Below, piece by piece: positions 1-11,308 of a stretch of DNA of 64,000 bases. The first letter of the stretch is position 1. Every line of letters starts with the position of its first letter. The notes beneath the pieces are model-generated. The model was not told the origin of the DNA. It did not search any database and saw nothing but the letters and a program-made list of their open reading frames with translations. The position numbers and the translations under genes are program-made. This DNA comes from a plasmid. The stretch lies in sequence record NZ_CP014128.2; one strand, written 5' to 3'.

Positions 1-214
1 TGTCGGACAGGACAGGCGGGCTGAAATCACGGCTTCTCCTGCTGAAGATACAACGTGCGTTCAGACCTGCTATCCAGGTCATGAATACTGGAGACGTGAA
101 ATAGCGTAAAAGTATTTTATGGCAGAGACAGATGAGGAGCGGATATCGTCTTGGATTCACTCGGGGGAGATGCCATTCCATGGCGTAAAACGTCCCAAAG
201 CGCTTTATTCAGAA

Positions 215-391
215 TTACTTAGAAGGACGTCGACTAATCTTGCCTCCTTTCCGACCGGCTTCCCTGGCTTTTTCATGATCGTTTTTGAAATTGCCTCCAC
301 TGACCTTGCCTCCTGCACTGCCAGCTTCACTCGCACGTTCCGGATCGTTGGCAAAATTACCGGCACCACCTCTGTATTTCTGTTGTGTCAT
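215..391 (-). CDS. KGG-repeat general stress protein (YciG/YmdF-like), 58 aa. It is not in the ORF track because it is under 60 aa.
   Basis: My own translation of the minus strand gives MTQQKYRGGAGNFANDPERASEAGSAGGKVSGGNFKNDHEKAREAGRKGGKISRRPSK. It has repeated GGxxF/KGG motifs typical of the YciG/Con-10 family, and a GAGG RBS 6 nt upstream of the ATG. Confidence 0.6.
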   Translation of the reverse strand: MTQQKYRGGAGNFANDPERASEAGSAGGKVSGGNFKNDHEKAREAGRKGGKISRRPSK

Positions 392-1187
392 AGGAAGACC
401 TCATATCAATGTTCCATTAGATAAAAAGGACTAGCTAGTCACACTAGCAAGCATAGTCGCCCGCTTCGTTTATGCAAATGCCCAGAGTAAAAGCCTTTAT
501 AAGGCAGAGATTAAACTTCGGCTGCCTGTTCGCCACCGCAGGACAAAGACTGATGAACTACGCTTAAAAGTCTGACGAAAAAGGAGAATGCTATGCGCGA
601 CGCGACGTTAATCGACACGCTCGAGTTTGGTTCTGACCAGCAGAAGCCACTCGGCCAGCTTCTTTATCTTCGTCACTGCGTAACGTTTGCTTAGAAGAAA
701 GACGTTCATTATGAGCGAGATATTCAGGCATGAGGCGCAGTGCATCAGAAGACGTTACACCCATTTTTCGAGCGCAGCATAGGATTGTGTTTTCAGGTCA
801 TCATCGATTCGAATGTTAATTGTGCCCACAGTGAGCGCCCTTTGTATTTACATTCAACATTACAATTATCGTATTGGTGAGTCTGCATCACAAACAGTAA
901 GCAACCCCTCACCAGTTGAGCTTTACATCTGCCCGCCAGAATCCTGTCCCGGCTTATTTTATGCTACTAAAAGTAACAACTTCATTCATTAAACCAACCG
1001 CAGCAATCACTAAAGGTTTTCCCGCTAGTGGCGATAATTCAATTGCGATGAGCGCGCCAATCAATGATGAATCCGGCACTCAGCGACGAGTTCTGAACGC
1101 GAATGGACCTGCATTTAGCCCTCCTTCTACACACCAGAAAGCGCGAATTTAAGCGCAAATTACTCCTGTAAAAGTGAAAATAATAAT

Positions 1188-3161
1188 ATGTCGATCATTA
1201 AGACGATCAAAAGATGCCTGCCTGTTGTCCGTCTTAGGCGTAGCAGCCAGCCAGCGAATGGCACCTGGGATTGTCGTGCGTTGCCAGATTCACTCTCCTC
1301 CATTGGTTTAAGCGCGCGCGCGGGCGGCATTCTGATGACATTTGTTCCGCCTGAAGCCGATTTTCAGCGGGTCAGCCAGGCCTGGCAGCGCTTTAACACT
1401 CCCGATCTGACGGTACTGACGCTTTCATCCAATGGGGCGCTGAGCAGCAGCCGATCGCAAAGCACCTACTGTGATGGCAATGGCCCGGAAGGAAGCTATC
1501 TCTGGCTGCCCGACACGCTGATCGCCAGCCATGAAACGCACATTGTCGATCTGCATGTTGCCGATACGCAGACCGCCAGCCAGCGTATCACCGCCATCCA
1601 GCAGGAGCTGATGCGGTTGCAGGTGCGGATGCCACTGTCGGCCGATCGGACTTTCGCCATGATTTACTGCGACGGCCTGTCGGCGTCAGAAGGCTTTCTG
1701 ATGCAGGCCTGGTATAACAGCGGGCGCTTTCCCTGCCTGGCGATTGGCGGTTCAGCCGGTGGCAAAATTACCTTTGATGGCACCTGGATTGGTGCGGGTG
1801 GCAGGGTGCTGCAGGGCAAGGCCGTCATCGTGTTCTGCCAAATAGCAGCAGGAAAATCCTTTGCACCGTTCAAAAGCCAGAACTTCACGCCACGCGAGCA
1901 GAGCTGGCTGATTGCTGAAGCCGATCCAATTGCGCGTACGGTCACCTCGGTGTTTAACCGCCAGGGACAGCAGCAGTCGTTTGTGGCGTCGCTGTGTGAG
2001 CATCTTAACTGCACCGAGGCGCAGCTGACCGAACGCCTGAAGGGGCTGACCTTCGGTGTCAAAGTCGGCGGCGAATACTTTATTCGCTCGATCGCCAAAA
2101 TTGAACCGGGTGGCGTACAGTTTTTCTGTGACCTTGAGTTTGGCGATCGGCTGTTCCTGATGGAAGAAAAAGACTTTAAACAGGCGACACAGCAGGATTG
2201 GCAGGCTTTTACCGCCCGGCACGGCAAACCCGCGGCGATTCTGATGAACGACTGTATCCTGCGTCGTGTCGGTAATGCCGATAAGCTGCACAATGCTCAT
2301 TTCTTCAAAGGGATTGCCGCCGCCGGTTTTTCCAGCTTTGGTGAAATCCTGGGCGTGCCTATCAACCAGACGCTTTCTGCACTGGTGTTTTTCAATCATG
2401 ACGTCAAAGCGATGAGCCAGTTCCCGGTGGAGTATGCCGGCTATGCGGCCCACTACGCGCAGCGCGCGTTACGCCGCTGGGAAGCGCTGAACACGATTCA
2501 GACGCGGGTGCTGGATCGGGTGATCAACTATCAGCAGGCGCTGACGCCGCTGATGGAGGCACTACCGGTACTTGAAACGGCGACGCACAGCCAGGGCGAA
2601 ACGCTGAGCCTTGCAGAAAGCAGTATCCGTAACATCAGCAACATCGCCACTGAGAGTCAGCAGGCGCAGGGCCGGCTGGATGAAGGACTGGACGATCTGG
2701 AAAAAATCTCGAATGGCATTAATGAGATTACACATGGCATCAGCAATATTGCTTTCCAGACCAACATCCTGGCGTTGAATGCCGCCGTCGAAGCAGCACG
2801 CGCAGGCGAAGCTGGCCGCGGCTTTGCGGTGGTCGCGGGTGAAGTTCGTCGTCTGGCACATTCGTCTAAAGAGCAGGCTGAAGCCACGGCGAGTAACATT
2901 GGCGAGGCGGTCACCACTATCTCACGTATCCGCCTGGTGGCCAGTGACTCGGCGCAGACGGCTGCACAGATGGCGGAGCGCAGTATCAGCGCGGCCGATA
3001 CGCTGGCGGCCATGAATCAGCAAACCCGACATGAACGCGCCGACATTGCGAAGCATCTCGGCAGCCTGCGTGAACTGACGCAGGGAATGGATGCGATGCA
3101 GGAAGCGGTCGTGCAGCTCAAAGTGTTACAAACGCTTTCCGGGGCGCAGGTTAAAGGCTGA
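1188..3161 (+). CDS. Methyl-accepting chemotaxis protein-like signal transducer, with an N-terminal cytoplasmic sensor region and no obvious TM segments. An alternative start is at 1335.
   Basis: The C-terminal region contains the conserved MCP signalling motif [38 protein letters not shown]. The roughly 400 aa N-terminal region lacks hydrophobic TM stretches. It could be FIST-type, but I cannot verify that. Confidence 0.75.
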   Translation: MSIIKTIKRCLPVVRLRRSSQPANGTWDCRALPDSLSSIGLSARAGGILMTFVPPEADFQRVSQAWQRFNTPDLTVLTLSSNGALSSSRSQSTYCDGNGPEGSYLWLPDTLIASHETHIVDLHVADTQTASQRITAIQQELMRLQVRMPLSADRTFAMIYCDGLSASEGFLMQAWYNSGRFPCLAIGGSAGGKITFDGTWIGAGGRVLQGKAVIVFCQIAAGKSFAPFKSQNFTPREQSWLIAEADPIARTVTSVFNRQGQQQSFVASLCEHLNCTEAQLTERLKGLTFGVKVGGEYFIRSIAKIEPGGVQFFCDLEFGDRLFLMEEKDFKQATQQDWQAFTARHGKPAAILMNDCILRRVGNADKLHNAHFFKGIAAAGFSSFGEILGVPINQTLSALVFFNHDVKAMSQFPVEYAGYAAHYAQRALRRWEALNTIQTRVLDRVINYQQALTPLMEALPVLETATHSQGETLSLAESSIRNISNIATESQQAQGRLDEGLDDLEKISNGINEITHGISNIAFQTNILALNAAVEAARAGEAGRGFAVVAGEVRRLAHSSKEQAEATASNIGEAVTTISRIRLVASDSAQTAAQMAERSISAADTLAAMNQQTRHERADIAKHLGSLRELTQGMDAMQEAVVQLKVLQTLSGAQVKG

Positions 3162-3265
3162 TTTATAAGCATAAAAGACAAAAAAGTGCGGTGTAAGCGT
3201 AACGGCCAGGCAAGGCAGGCTTTCAGTTGTTACACTTGTCGGTGATTAACCACGCAGAGGTACTA

Positions 3266-4282
3266 ATGAAAATCAAAAGTTATGCAGCCATGCAGGCTGG
3301 CCAGGCCCTTGAACTCTATGAGTACGATGCCGCCGAACTGGCAGCCGAAGAAGTCGAAGTCCAGGTCGAATATTGTGGCGTCTGCCACTCAGATCTGTCG
3401 ATGATCGATAACGAGTGGGGCATCTCTCAGTTCCCGGTGATTGCAGGACATGAAGTGATTGGCCGCGTCTCTGCCCTTGGCGAAGCGGCTAAAAGCAAAG
3501 GTCTCTCAATCGGCCAGCGTGTAGGAATCGGCTGGACAGCTAAAAGCTGTCAGCACTGCGATGCCTGTATCAACGGCGAGCAGGTTAACTGTCAGCAGGG
3601 CAGCATCCCGACCATCATGAATAAGGGTGGTTTTGCCGAGAAGTTGCGCGCCGACTGGCAATGGGTTATCCCGCTGCCGGAAAAACTGGATGCGGCCAGC
3701 GCCGGTCCGCTGCTGTGCGGCGGTATTACCGTATTCAAACCGCTGCTGATGAGCAACATCACGGCGACCAGCCGTGTTGGCGTGATTGGTATCGGCGGCC
3801 TGGGCCATATCGCGCTCAAACTCCTGCACGCGATGGGTGCCGAAGTCGTGGCCTTCAGTTCAACGCCGGATAAGAAGCAGTCGATTCTGGATATGGGTGC
3901 GGATGAAGTGGTTAACAGCCGTGATCCTGAAGCCCTGAAGCAGCAGGCGGGTCGTTTTGATCTGATCCTGAGCACCGTGGCAGTCGACCTGGACTGGAAA
4001 CCTTATTTCGCCGCGCTGGCGCCTCAGGGTAAATTCCATACCGTGGGTGCCGTGATGAAGCCAATTGAAGTCAGCGCGTTTGATCTGATCCTGGGCGACA
4101 AAGCGGTAACCGGTTCGTCAACCGGCTCACCAGGCCAGCTGCGCTCGCTGCTGCGACTCGCTTCGCGTGCAGATATTGCGCCACAGGTTGAGTTCTTCCC
4201 GATGTCAGAAATCAATAAAGCGCTGGATCACGTCCGCGCCGGTAAAGCCAATTACCGTGTAGTTCTGAAAGCCGATTTCTGA
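3266..4282 (+). CDS. Zinc-dependent NADP alcohol/aldehyde reductase (YahK/cinnamyl-ADH-like)
   Basis: GHEVIGRV and C-x-x-C structural-zinc motifs ([15 protein letters not shown]), a GIGGLGH Rossmann motif, and a GAGG RBS before the ATG at 3266. Confidence 0.8.
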   Translation: MKIKSYAAMQAGQALELYEYDAAELAAEEVEVQVEYCGVCHSDLSMIDNEWGISQFPVIAGHEVIGRVSALGEAAKSKGLSIGQRVGIGWTAKSCQHCDACINGEQVNCQQGSIPTIMNKGGFAEKLRADWQWVIPLPEKLDAASAGPLLCGGITVFKPLLMSNITATSRVGVIGIGGLGHIALKLLHAMGAEVVAFSSTPDKKQSILDMGADEVVNSRDPEALKQQAGRFDLILSTVAVDLDWKPYFAALAPQGKFHTVGAVMKPIEVSAFDLILGDKAVTGSSTGSPGQLRSLLRLASRADIAPQVEFFPMSEINKALDHVRAGKANYRVVLKADF

Positions 4283-4300
4283 TGCGAACCTGAAATGAAC

Positions 4301-4330
4301 ATGCCGCAGCATGCTGCGGCTTTTTTTTGT
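4301..4330 (+). terminator. Rho-independent terminator after the ADH gene
   Basis: GC hairpin gccgcagcatgctgcggc followed by T9. Confidence 0.65.
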
Positions 4331-4563
4331 CTTCATGTTGTCAGACCCTGATCCTGATAATTCGTTTCACACTCAGATCATGCTCTATCTTTCATCACGC
4401 TCAGACTCCAGTCAGCGATACATTTAAAAGTGGCCCGAATGCATCGATCACTGTCCTGTCAGCCTGTCAGCCTGTCACGTGCAGGTCAGAAAGTGCCGTA
4501 AAGTGAACTTATCGCAGCCTGTAAGCCTGGCTGATGTCAAAGAGACCCTTTACGGAGCACAAA

Positions 4564-5343
4564 ATGAAGCTGACCCAGATTCGTAATGCCACACTGTTGC
4601 TGGAGTATGCAGGCAGCAAATTCCTGATCGATCCGATGCTGGCAGATAAAGAAGCGTGGCCAGGCTTTGCCGGTAATGCCCGTCCCCATCTACGCAATCC
4701 CATGACTGAACTGCCTGTCCCGGTTGAGGCGCTGCTGGCAGTCGATGCAGTTATTATCACGCACACGCATATGGATCACTGGGACGAGGCCGCGCAGCAG
4801 CTCATACCAAAGACGATGGTGATCTACAGCCAGAATGAACGTGATGCAGCGCAAATTCGTTCGCAGGGTTTTGCATATGTTCGGGTGCTGCAGGATGAAA
4901 ATCCGTTTGTTGACGGCCTGACGATCCACAAAACGGAGGGTCAGCATGGCAGCAATGCGTTATATGCCGACAAAGTCATGGGCGATATGCTGGGTGATGC
5001 CTGTGGTCTGGTGTTTACCCATCCGTCAGAAAAAACGCTCTATATTGCCGGTGATACCGTCTGGGTTAAGCCTTATGTCAGAACGCTGCAACGTTTTCAG
5101 CCGCAGGTCGTTGTAATCAATGCCGGCAATGCGACTAACGATCTCTATGGCCCGATAATCATGGGAAAAGAGGATACGCTGCACACACTCCATATTCTGC
5201 CTGAAGCGACACTGGTAACTTCGCACATGGAGGCGATCAACCATTGTCTGCTGACACGTACTGAACTGCGTGCTTACACCCTGGAACAGGGTATTGCTGA
5301 CCGGGTACTGATCCCGGAAGATGGTGAAGCAATGACATTCTGA
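4564..5343 (+). CDS. MBL-fold metallo-hydrolase
   Basis: HxHxDH motif (ITHTHMDHWD), and a GGAG RBS before MKLTQ. Confidence 0.75.
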   Translation: MKLTQIRNATLLLEYAGSKFLIDPMLADKEAWPGFAGNARPHLRNPMTELPVPVEALLAVDAVIITHTHMDHWDEAAQQLIPKTMVIYSQNERDAAQIRSQGFAYVRVLQDENPFVDGLTIHKTEGQHGSNALYADKVMGDMLGDACGLVFTHPSEKTLYIAGDTVWVKPYVRTLQRFQPQVVVINAGNATNDLYGPIIMGKEDTLHTLHILPEATLVTSHMEAINHCLLTRTELRAYTLEQGIADRVLIPEDGEAMTF

Positions 5344-5414
5344 GCATCGTCGTCCTGAACCGGCACAGCTACGCGGTAAGGGCTAAATCATGCGTTTCAT
5401 AAAAAGGGGATAAG

Positions 5415-6407
5415 ATGACTGCTCTGAACGTCGCGGTGCTGGCAACGGCCGGTTTTAGTCCGTTTCATTTTTCAGTTCCCTGCATTCTGTTCGGCTCTGC
5501 TCTCCCGCAGCAGGGTCTGTTTCAGATTGATATCTGCGCAGAAAAAAAAGGCCCGGTGATCTCAGATATGGGGCTGTCAATCATGGTGGCAAACGGGCTC
5601 GGCCTGCTCGATCGGGCCGATATCATTATTGTGCCATACTGGCATAATCCGGCTGAAAAACCGTCGCAGGCGCTGCTGGATAAGCTGGTAGCTGCCTGGC
5701 AGCGTGGCGCAGAGGTGGTCGGACTTTGTCTGGGGACTTACGTACTGGCTTATGCAGGCCTGCTTGATCAGCATCGTGCTGCTACTCACTGGGAATTTGA
5801 GCGCGATTTCAGCGAACGCTTTCCACAGGTTCACCTCGACAGCAATGCCCTTTATACCCGTGACGATCATCTGATCACCTCTGCCGGCACCGCGGCGGGT
5901 ATCGACTGCTGTCTGGACATCATTCGTCAGCACTATGGCAGCGCTGTAGCGAATCGGGTCGCCAGGCGTATGGTGGTGCCGCCTTACCGTGAAGGTGGGC
6001 AGGCGCAGTTTATTGAGCGGCCGGTTCCGGAAACGACCCGCGACGGCAGGATCAATGCGCTGCTGGCCTCCCTGCGAGAGACTATCCATCAGCCGCAGGA
6101 TCTCGACACCCTGTCACAGTCGCTTGGTATGAGCAGGCGAACGCTGACGCGCCATTTTCACAAGGCGACGGGCATGTCACTGAGTGAGTGGCTGACGGCT
6201 GAGCGTCTGCAGCATAGCCAGCAGTTACTCGAAACCACCGGTATCAGCATTGAAAGCGTGGCAGCAAGGGCAGGTTTTGATTCGCCCGTTTCATTCCGGC
6301 AGCGTTTCAAATCGCGGTTTGGCGTCTCTCCCAGCGAGTGGCGCCGGACGTTTCGTGGTCCACAGAAGGTGGTTAATGATGCGAAAATGGCAAAAGATAA
6401 CGCATGA
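5415..6407 (+). CDS. GlxA-family transcriptional regulator (DJ-1/PfpI domain plus AraC-type HTH)
   Basis: N-terminal class-I glutamine amidotransferase-like/DJ-1 fold (VAVLATAGFSPFHF...GLCLGTYVLAYAGLL), and a C-terminal AraC HTH (RTLTRHFHKATGMSLSEWLTAERLQHSQQLL). Confidence 0.8.
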   Translation: MTALNVAVLATAGFSPFHFSVPCILFGSALPQQGLFQIDICAEKKGPVISDMGLSIMVANGLGLLDRADIIIVPYWHNPAEKPSQALLDKLVAAWQRGAEVVGLCLGTYVLAYAGLLDQHRAATHWEFERDFSERFPQVHLDSNALYTRDDHLITSAGTAAGIDCCLDIIRQHYGSAVANRVARRMVVPPYREGGQAQFIERPVPETTRDGRINALLASLRETIHQPQDLDTLSQSLGMSRRTLTRHFHKATGMSLSEWLTAERLQHSQQLLETTGISIESVAARAGFDSPVSFRQRFKSRFGVSPSEWRRTFRGPQKVVNDAKMAKDNA

Positions 6408-6497
6408 TCACGTCGGGATGACTATCGGTATTTCGGGGTTTCAATGCCGGAATAGTGCCACACGATAGCGGTCACTATTCCGGCAGGAATGTTGCGA

Positions 6498-6899
6498 TCA
6501 AAGCAGGAAATCATTCAGCGACTGACCATTTTCAATCGCCGCTTTAATGACGGAGGGAGTACGGCCCTGACCCGTCCAGTCACGAACCTGACCGTTTTCA
6601 TCGGTGTAACGGTATTTCGCCGGACGTTTCGCGCGTATTTTTTTACCGGATACCGCGAGAGCATCGCTATTCACCAGTTCCGCCGGATTGATCCCTTCCT
6701 CCATCAACAGTTCATGATAGAAAGCCAGTTTCTCCGCTTTTTCACGGGCTTCTGCTGCCCGCGCGTTTTCCTCATCACGACGCTCATTTACCACGGTCTC
6801 TAATTTCTGGCGCAACTCTTCGAGCATATCCAGGGCCATAATGTGCGCCTCTGCACGAAGCGTGCGGATATTATTCAGGCTGCTCAGGTTCTTAGGCAT
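6498..6899 (-). CDS. H-NS family nucleoid-associated protein (paralog 1, 133 aa)
   Basis: [18 protein letters not shown]... with the C-terminal [12 protein letters not shown]-binding motif, and a GAGGAA RBS. Confidence 0.85.
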   Translation of the reverse strand: MPKNLSSLNNIRTLRAEAHIMALDMLEELRQKLETVVNERRDEENARAAEAREKAEKLAFYHELLMEEGINPAELVNSDALAVSGKKIRAKRPAKYRYTDENGQVRDWTGQGRTPSVIKAAIENGQSLNDFLL

Positions 6900-7173
6900 A
6901 AAATTCCTCAAATATTCAAGTTAATCAATAAAGTGCAAATTATTCAGCCGGTAAGGGTAACATTTACCCGCCTTAAAGTTGAGGCTTGAATGTGGTTTTA
7001 TTCGCTAGTAATTCCGCATTATGAACACTCATTGAGCCAATTAAGAGAGATATTTAAGCGAATTCTGCTGGTTTAATGCCGATTGTCATTATCGAAGCGG
7101 GATTGCGGAATTTGCATTTTTGCTTTTGATTAACTGTGCTTAAATCAATCAACAGGGTTTATTAAGGACAGGC

Positions 7174-8745
7174 ATGAAGTTTCGCCGTAAAAATGATGGT
7201 TCTGCGCCAGAAATTTCGCCGCTGCTGAGAAGCATTATGCTCTCAGGCGTATTGCTCACCGTGGCGATAATTGGATTAAATTTGTGGACGCTGCGAGAAG
7301 ACTGGAATGTAACTGTCGATAAAGCTGAAGATACGGCCGTAAATCTCTCACTGTCGCAGGCGCGGCAGGCTGACGATACGTTTCTGCAAACTGAACTTTC
7401 ATTGCGCGAAGTGCAACGTGAGCTTGAAAAGCAGCTCGCCACTACCGGCGCTGAGGGTAAGGAGCTGAGTCAGACGATGCATCTTTTGCAGAGCCGTCTG
7501 CCGCAACTTCACGGTCTGTTCTACTATGATGAGCGGGGCCGGTGGATAGCGACCTCAATGAGCAGGATACCGCCAGGCGTTGATAATTCCGATCGTGAGT
7601 ATTTCGACTATCATCGTGCAAGCCACCGTAATAACCTGCATATCGGCCCGGTCATTCGCAGCCGCACCACGCACGAACTGGTGATCCCGGTTACGCTTCG
7701 CGTCAACGATGCTTACAACGGTTTTAAGGGTGTTTTGCTCGCCACCATTAAAGTGGACTACTTTCGCCGTTTCTACAGCTACTACGAACTCAGCGAGGGG
7801 GATGTGCTGGTGCTGATGCTGGCAGACAGTACGGTCCTTTACGCCCGGCCGATGCCAGATAGCTACATCGGCAAAAATCTTTCAGTGAGTCCGCTGTTCC
7901 GGAAGATCCTGGCTAATTCGGATAAAGGCAGCGGTCAGTGGACGGCTGCGCTTGATGGTAAAAAGCGCATCTTCGGCTTTGTCCGCTCACAGCGATATCC
8001 GCTGGTGGTAGCCGCGGGCTACGACAAACGTGCGCTGTTTAACCACTGGTTAAAGAGCTGGGTACAGGATCTGATTCTGAGCCTGGTTCTGCTACTTGTT
8101 ATTCTTTTACTGGGTACGTTTGTGCTGCGTCAGGCGCGCCATACACTGCGTTATCAGCGTGAGCTGACACGATTACGCGATGAGCTGACTGAAGCGAATC
8201 GCTCCCTGGAAAATCAGGCACAGAGTGACGGGCTGACAGGGGTTGCTAACCGTCGCCATTTTGACCATATTTTGACAGAAAGCTTGCTGAATACGGAGCT
8301 GAGTAGCCTGCCCGTGTCACTGATTCTGTTTGATATCGACTATTTTAAACGTTACAACGACACTTACGGCCATGTGGCCGGTGACGACTGTCTGAAAAAA
8401 GTAGCCACCGTTTTGAAGCATGCCGCCCGGCGCAAAAACGAACTCACCGCCCGCTATGGCGGTGAAGAGTTTGCTATCATTCTGCCTGAACAACCGCTGT
8501 CCGCTGCGGTGGACCTGGCGGAGTCCATCATCGCAACCGTTAATCAGCTCGCTATTCCGCATATGACCACGGAGCTGTCGCAAAAGCACGTAACTCTGAG
8601 TGCAGGCTGTGCCACGTATCTTGCTAATGACTTACAACAGGAGAAACAGGCGATGATAGAGCGCGCGGATGAGGCCTTGTATCGTGCGAAACGGGCAGGG
8701 CGCAACCGGGTTATGTGTGAAGAGCTTCCGGTTAAGCACGCGTGA
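7174..8745 (+). CDS. Membrane-anchored diguanylate cyclase (periplasmic sensor domain plus GGDEF)
   Basis: Two hydrophobic segments flanking a roughly 270 aa periplasmic region, a coiled-coil linker, and a GGEEF active-site motif (RYGGEEFAIILPE). Confidence 0.8.
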   Translation: MKFRRKNDGSAPEISPLLRSIMLSGVLLTVAIIGLNLWTLREDWNVTVDKAEDTAVNLSLSQARQADDTFLQTELSLREVQRELEKQLATTGAEGKELSQTMHLLQSRLPQLHGLFYYDERGRWIATSMSRIPPGVDNSDREYFDYHRASHRNNLHIGPVIRSRTTHELVIPVTLRVNDAYNGFKGVLLATIKVDYFRRFYSYYELSEGDVLVLMLADSTVLYARPMPDSYIGKNLSVSPLFRKILANSDKGSGQWTAALDGKKRIFGFVRSQRYPLVVAAGYDKRALFNHWLKSWVQDLILSLVLLLVILLLGTFVLRQARHTLRYQRELTRLRDELTEANRSLENQAQSDGLTGVANRRHFDHILTESLLNTELSSLPVSLILFDIDYFKRYNDTYGHVAGDDCLKKVATVLKHAARRKNELTARYGGEEFAIILPEQPLSAAVDLAESIIATVNQLAIPHMTTELSQKHVTLSAGCATYLANDLQQEKQAMIERADEALYRAKRAGRNRVMCEELPVKHA

Positions 8746-8802
8746 TCACATTCTGAACTCCACCTGTGGCACGGTGATCGCTCAACCTCAACAGGGAGCG
8801 AT

Positions 8803-9199
8803 CATGTCAGACGATACCGGTTTCACTCACCTTGCTTGACAGGTACGCTATTGAGTAAAAAGCGTAGATTTTTATCGGCGTTATGCCGGGATGCAGGTCA
8901 TACATCAGCGAGAACCGGGCGTTGCGGACGGGTAGAAAGTCGCATGGCTGTCAGCACTACCCAGACCTTTTGCTGTGGTGCTGGATCAATCTGATAACAG
9001 TGACGATACGCCGCTGGGGCCTTTTGGTCATATTGGCGTAACCTACGGCTGTCGCGAAGAGATAGATGAAAAAGTGGCACTTGCGGGGCGCAAAGGTGTA
9101 TTGCAACGTGATGCGCAGCAATCTGAAATACCCGTTAGTTACTGGGCAATTTTTGGCGATCCTGATGGTAATACGCATGAACTTTCATTTGGTCAGTAG
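8803..9199 (+). pseudogene. Decayed VOC/glyoxalase-family gene. The N-terminus is interrupted by several in-frame stops and only the C-terminal roughly 70 aa frame is open.
   Basis: MSDDTGFTHLA then a stop, and VKSVDFYRRYAGMQVIHQREPGVADG then a stop, in shifting frames. The intact C-terminal part ends ...FGDPDGNTHELSF, which is typical of a VOC C-terminus. Confidence 0.5.
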
Positions 9200-9471
9200 A
9201 ACGTGTTGGAAATCATCACGGCCCGTCAATCCCGGTCTGTTGTGAATAGATAAAATGGCTTAGGTAAGTGAATTAAACCTTTTATCTGCAACGCGATTGC
9301 GCCGAGCATTTCGGTTATTACATTCAGGTTACTATCTGTGCATGATTGTGTATGAAGATGGATAAGCAGCGTATGTACAGGCAGGGGAAGTATGAAATTG
9401 GTGTTTTTTGTCTGTTGCTGATAAAGAACCGCCTGAGCAACGGCAGGCGGTTATCATCCAGGTATCCTGAA

Positions 9472-9873
9472 TTAGATTAGAAAATCGTCCAGCGATTTAC
9501 CTGCATCGATGGCTGATTTAATCGCCGAAGGGGTTCGGCCCTGACCCGTCCACTGCTTAACGTCACCATTTTCGTCAGTGTACTGATATTTAGCCGGACG
9601 TGGTGCGCGTTTTTTTTTCTCTGCTGGCGCAGTCGGGATACCATTTAACAGTTCGTTAGGATCGATGCCTTCCTGCAACAGTAATTCACGATATTTTGCC
9701 AGTTTCTCCGCTTTTTCACGGTTAGCCGCTTCAGAAGCCTGAGCTTCTTCACGTCGCTCACTAACTACAACCGACAGTTTTTCCAGCATTTCTTCCAGGG
9801 CAGCAAGGTCAAGCTCGCGAGCATTTGCGCGGAGGGTACGAATATTATTCAAGCTGTTGAGAGTGTCACTCAT
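9472..9873 (-). CDS. H-NS family nucleoid-associated protein (paralog 2, 133 aa)
   Basis: [20 protein letters not shown]...[13 protein letters not shown], with a very close match to the E. coli H-NS N- and C-termini. Confidence 0.85.
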   Translation of the reverse strand: MSDTLNSLNNIRTLRANARELDLAALEEMLEKLSVVVSERREEAQASEAANREKAEKLAKYRELLLQEGIDPNELLNGIPTAPAEKKKRAPRPAKYQYTDENGDVKQWTGQGRTPSAIKSAIDAGKSLDDFLI

Positions 9874-11078
9874 CAAAGTCACCATAGTCATGTTCAGATA
9901 ATAAAAATACAGAGCAGGTTCACGCTGATGCTTTTCGTCGGACCTGCTTTTTTAAAATGCTTACCTTCGAAGAATCATAATACAGAACCAATAGTTCAAC
10001 CTTAACATATTAATCTGTTTCTGATAGAGTTGAAACTCTATTTAACGCATGCTCGTTAAACAAAAGTAAATTTACGCCATTTTTTACTCACTTTTCTCAA
10101 AATGGCAAAACCCGTATCACCTGAAAAACGAGGGATAATTTAGTAGGGCTATGGATTAATCGTGCTGATTTTTCTGCAGTGACAGGGGAGTCGCTTCGCT
10201 ATTTTCATGCTTGTCCTGAGAAAGAGGATAACGACAGCTGCAAAGCTCACACGCAGTTACCGCACAGGCAATGATGCTGTAAGTAATTTCGCTGTAAAGG
10301 CCCTGCTATGAATTATTTCGCTAATTTATTCTCTGAAAAGCTGAATCAGCATCATAGTGGTAAGCTCATGATAATAATTTAGTTTCTCTATAAAGGCCTT
10401 TGTTTTCAGGAACGTCACATAGCGCATAACAACGCTGCAAAAGTCTCTGCCGGTTGGTTTAAATATGCTTGAATTGTGCCATACACTCAAACAACTGGAT
10501 ACGGTTTAAGCAGAATCATCGCCTGCCCGCTGCCATTAGAATGATTACTTATGGTAATAATTACCCTTTGTTCAATCAGTGTCTGCAGCTAATAAACCCA
10601 CGACATACTGTGGATTCAAGCCTGGATGCCATTTTTCTCCAGAATTATTGCTTAAGGCGCATTAAACCCAGCATTGAGTTGCACAACCTCGGCCAGCTTG
10701 ATAAGTGATTTAATAACCACTTCTCATTTCAAGTCCACCACGCAACGTATAGATGAGCTGAGCAATGAATAACCGGCCTGAGGAGTGCGGGTAAGAACGG
10801 TACTGGACTGTTACCTGGTGTAATTAACCCTTTGAATTCTTACTTATACAGGGTTCATTGTCAGGTTTCAGATAGCAACGCAAATTTAGATAGTTGCCAA
10901 TGATAAATTTGCATTATAAATCCGTTCTGGGGGGGTAAGGTCAGGTATCGGTATTACCTGACCTGAACACTGTGAACGTAGATATCGCAAAGATGGGAAG
11001 GAATGACCGCAGGCTAAGCTACACTCAACAACAGATGCGTTAACGTCAGCGCGATGATTACTTCTGCAGAGGTCTGAA

Positions 11079-11264
11079 GTGTTTAAAGGCAATAAAAAGT
11101 CATTACCTGTTCGTTACTGTAAAATTTGTAACAAACCGATGTCATGGCGTAAAAAGTGGGAGAAGTGCTGGAATGAGGTTTTATATTGCTCAGAGCGTTG
11201 CCGGCGTGAGCGTTATGCGCAACATAAAGATGATGCAAAAATAAACGCTGAGCGGAACCAATAA
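11079..11264 (+). CDS. DUF2256-type small zinc-ribbon protein
   Basis: CKICNKPMSWRKKW...VLYCSERCRR pattern: two CxxC pairs and the conserved WRKKW. Confidence 0.5.
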   Translation: MFKGNKKSLPVRYCKICNKPMSWRKKWEKCWNEVLYCSERCRRERYAQHKDDAKINAERNQ

Positions 11265-11308
11265 AACTCACAGGAAAAGTCCAGGTTTTGACTTGGCCTC
11301 ATAGACCG

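Noticed and set aside
119-424. 101-aa plus-strand ORF in the ORF track
   Set aside because: It is antisense to a well-supported YciG-like KGG stress-protein gene (215-391, minus) with a good RBS. The plus-strand product has no recognisable features.
916-1152. 78-aa ORF upstream of the MCP gene
   Set aside because: No RBS, low-complexity composition, and it lies in the presumptive promoter region of the MCP gene. Likely spurious.
1664-2453. Minus-strand ORFs (209 and 233 aa) inside the MCP gene
   Set aside because: Fully nested antisense to a gene with a conserved MCP signalling domain. These are typical GC-rich shadow ORFs.
6444-6482. 11-bp-stem inverted repeat between the glxA-like and hns-like genes, as a terminator
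   Set aside because: No U-tract on either strand. It is recorded only as a possible protein-binding palindrome, not as a terminator.
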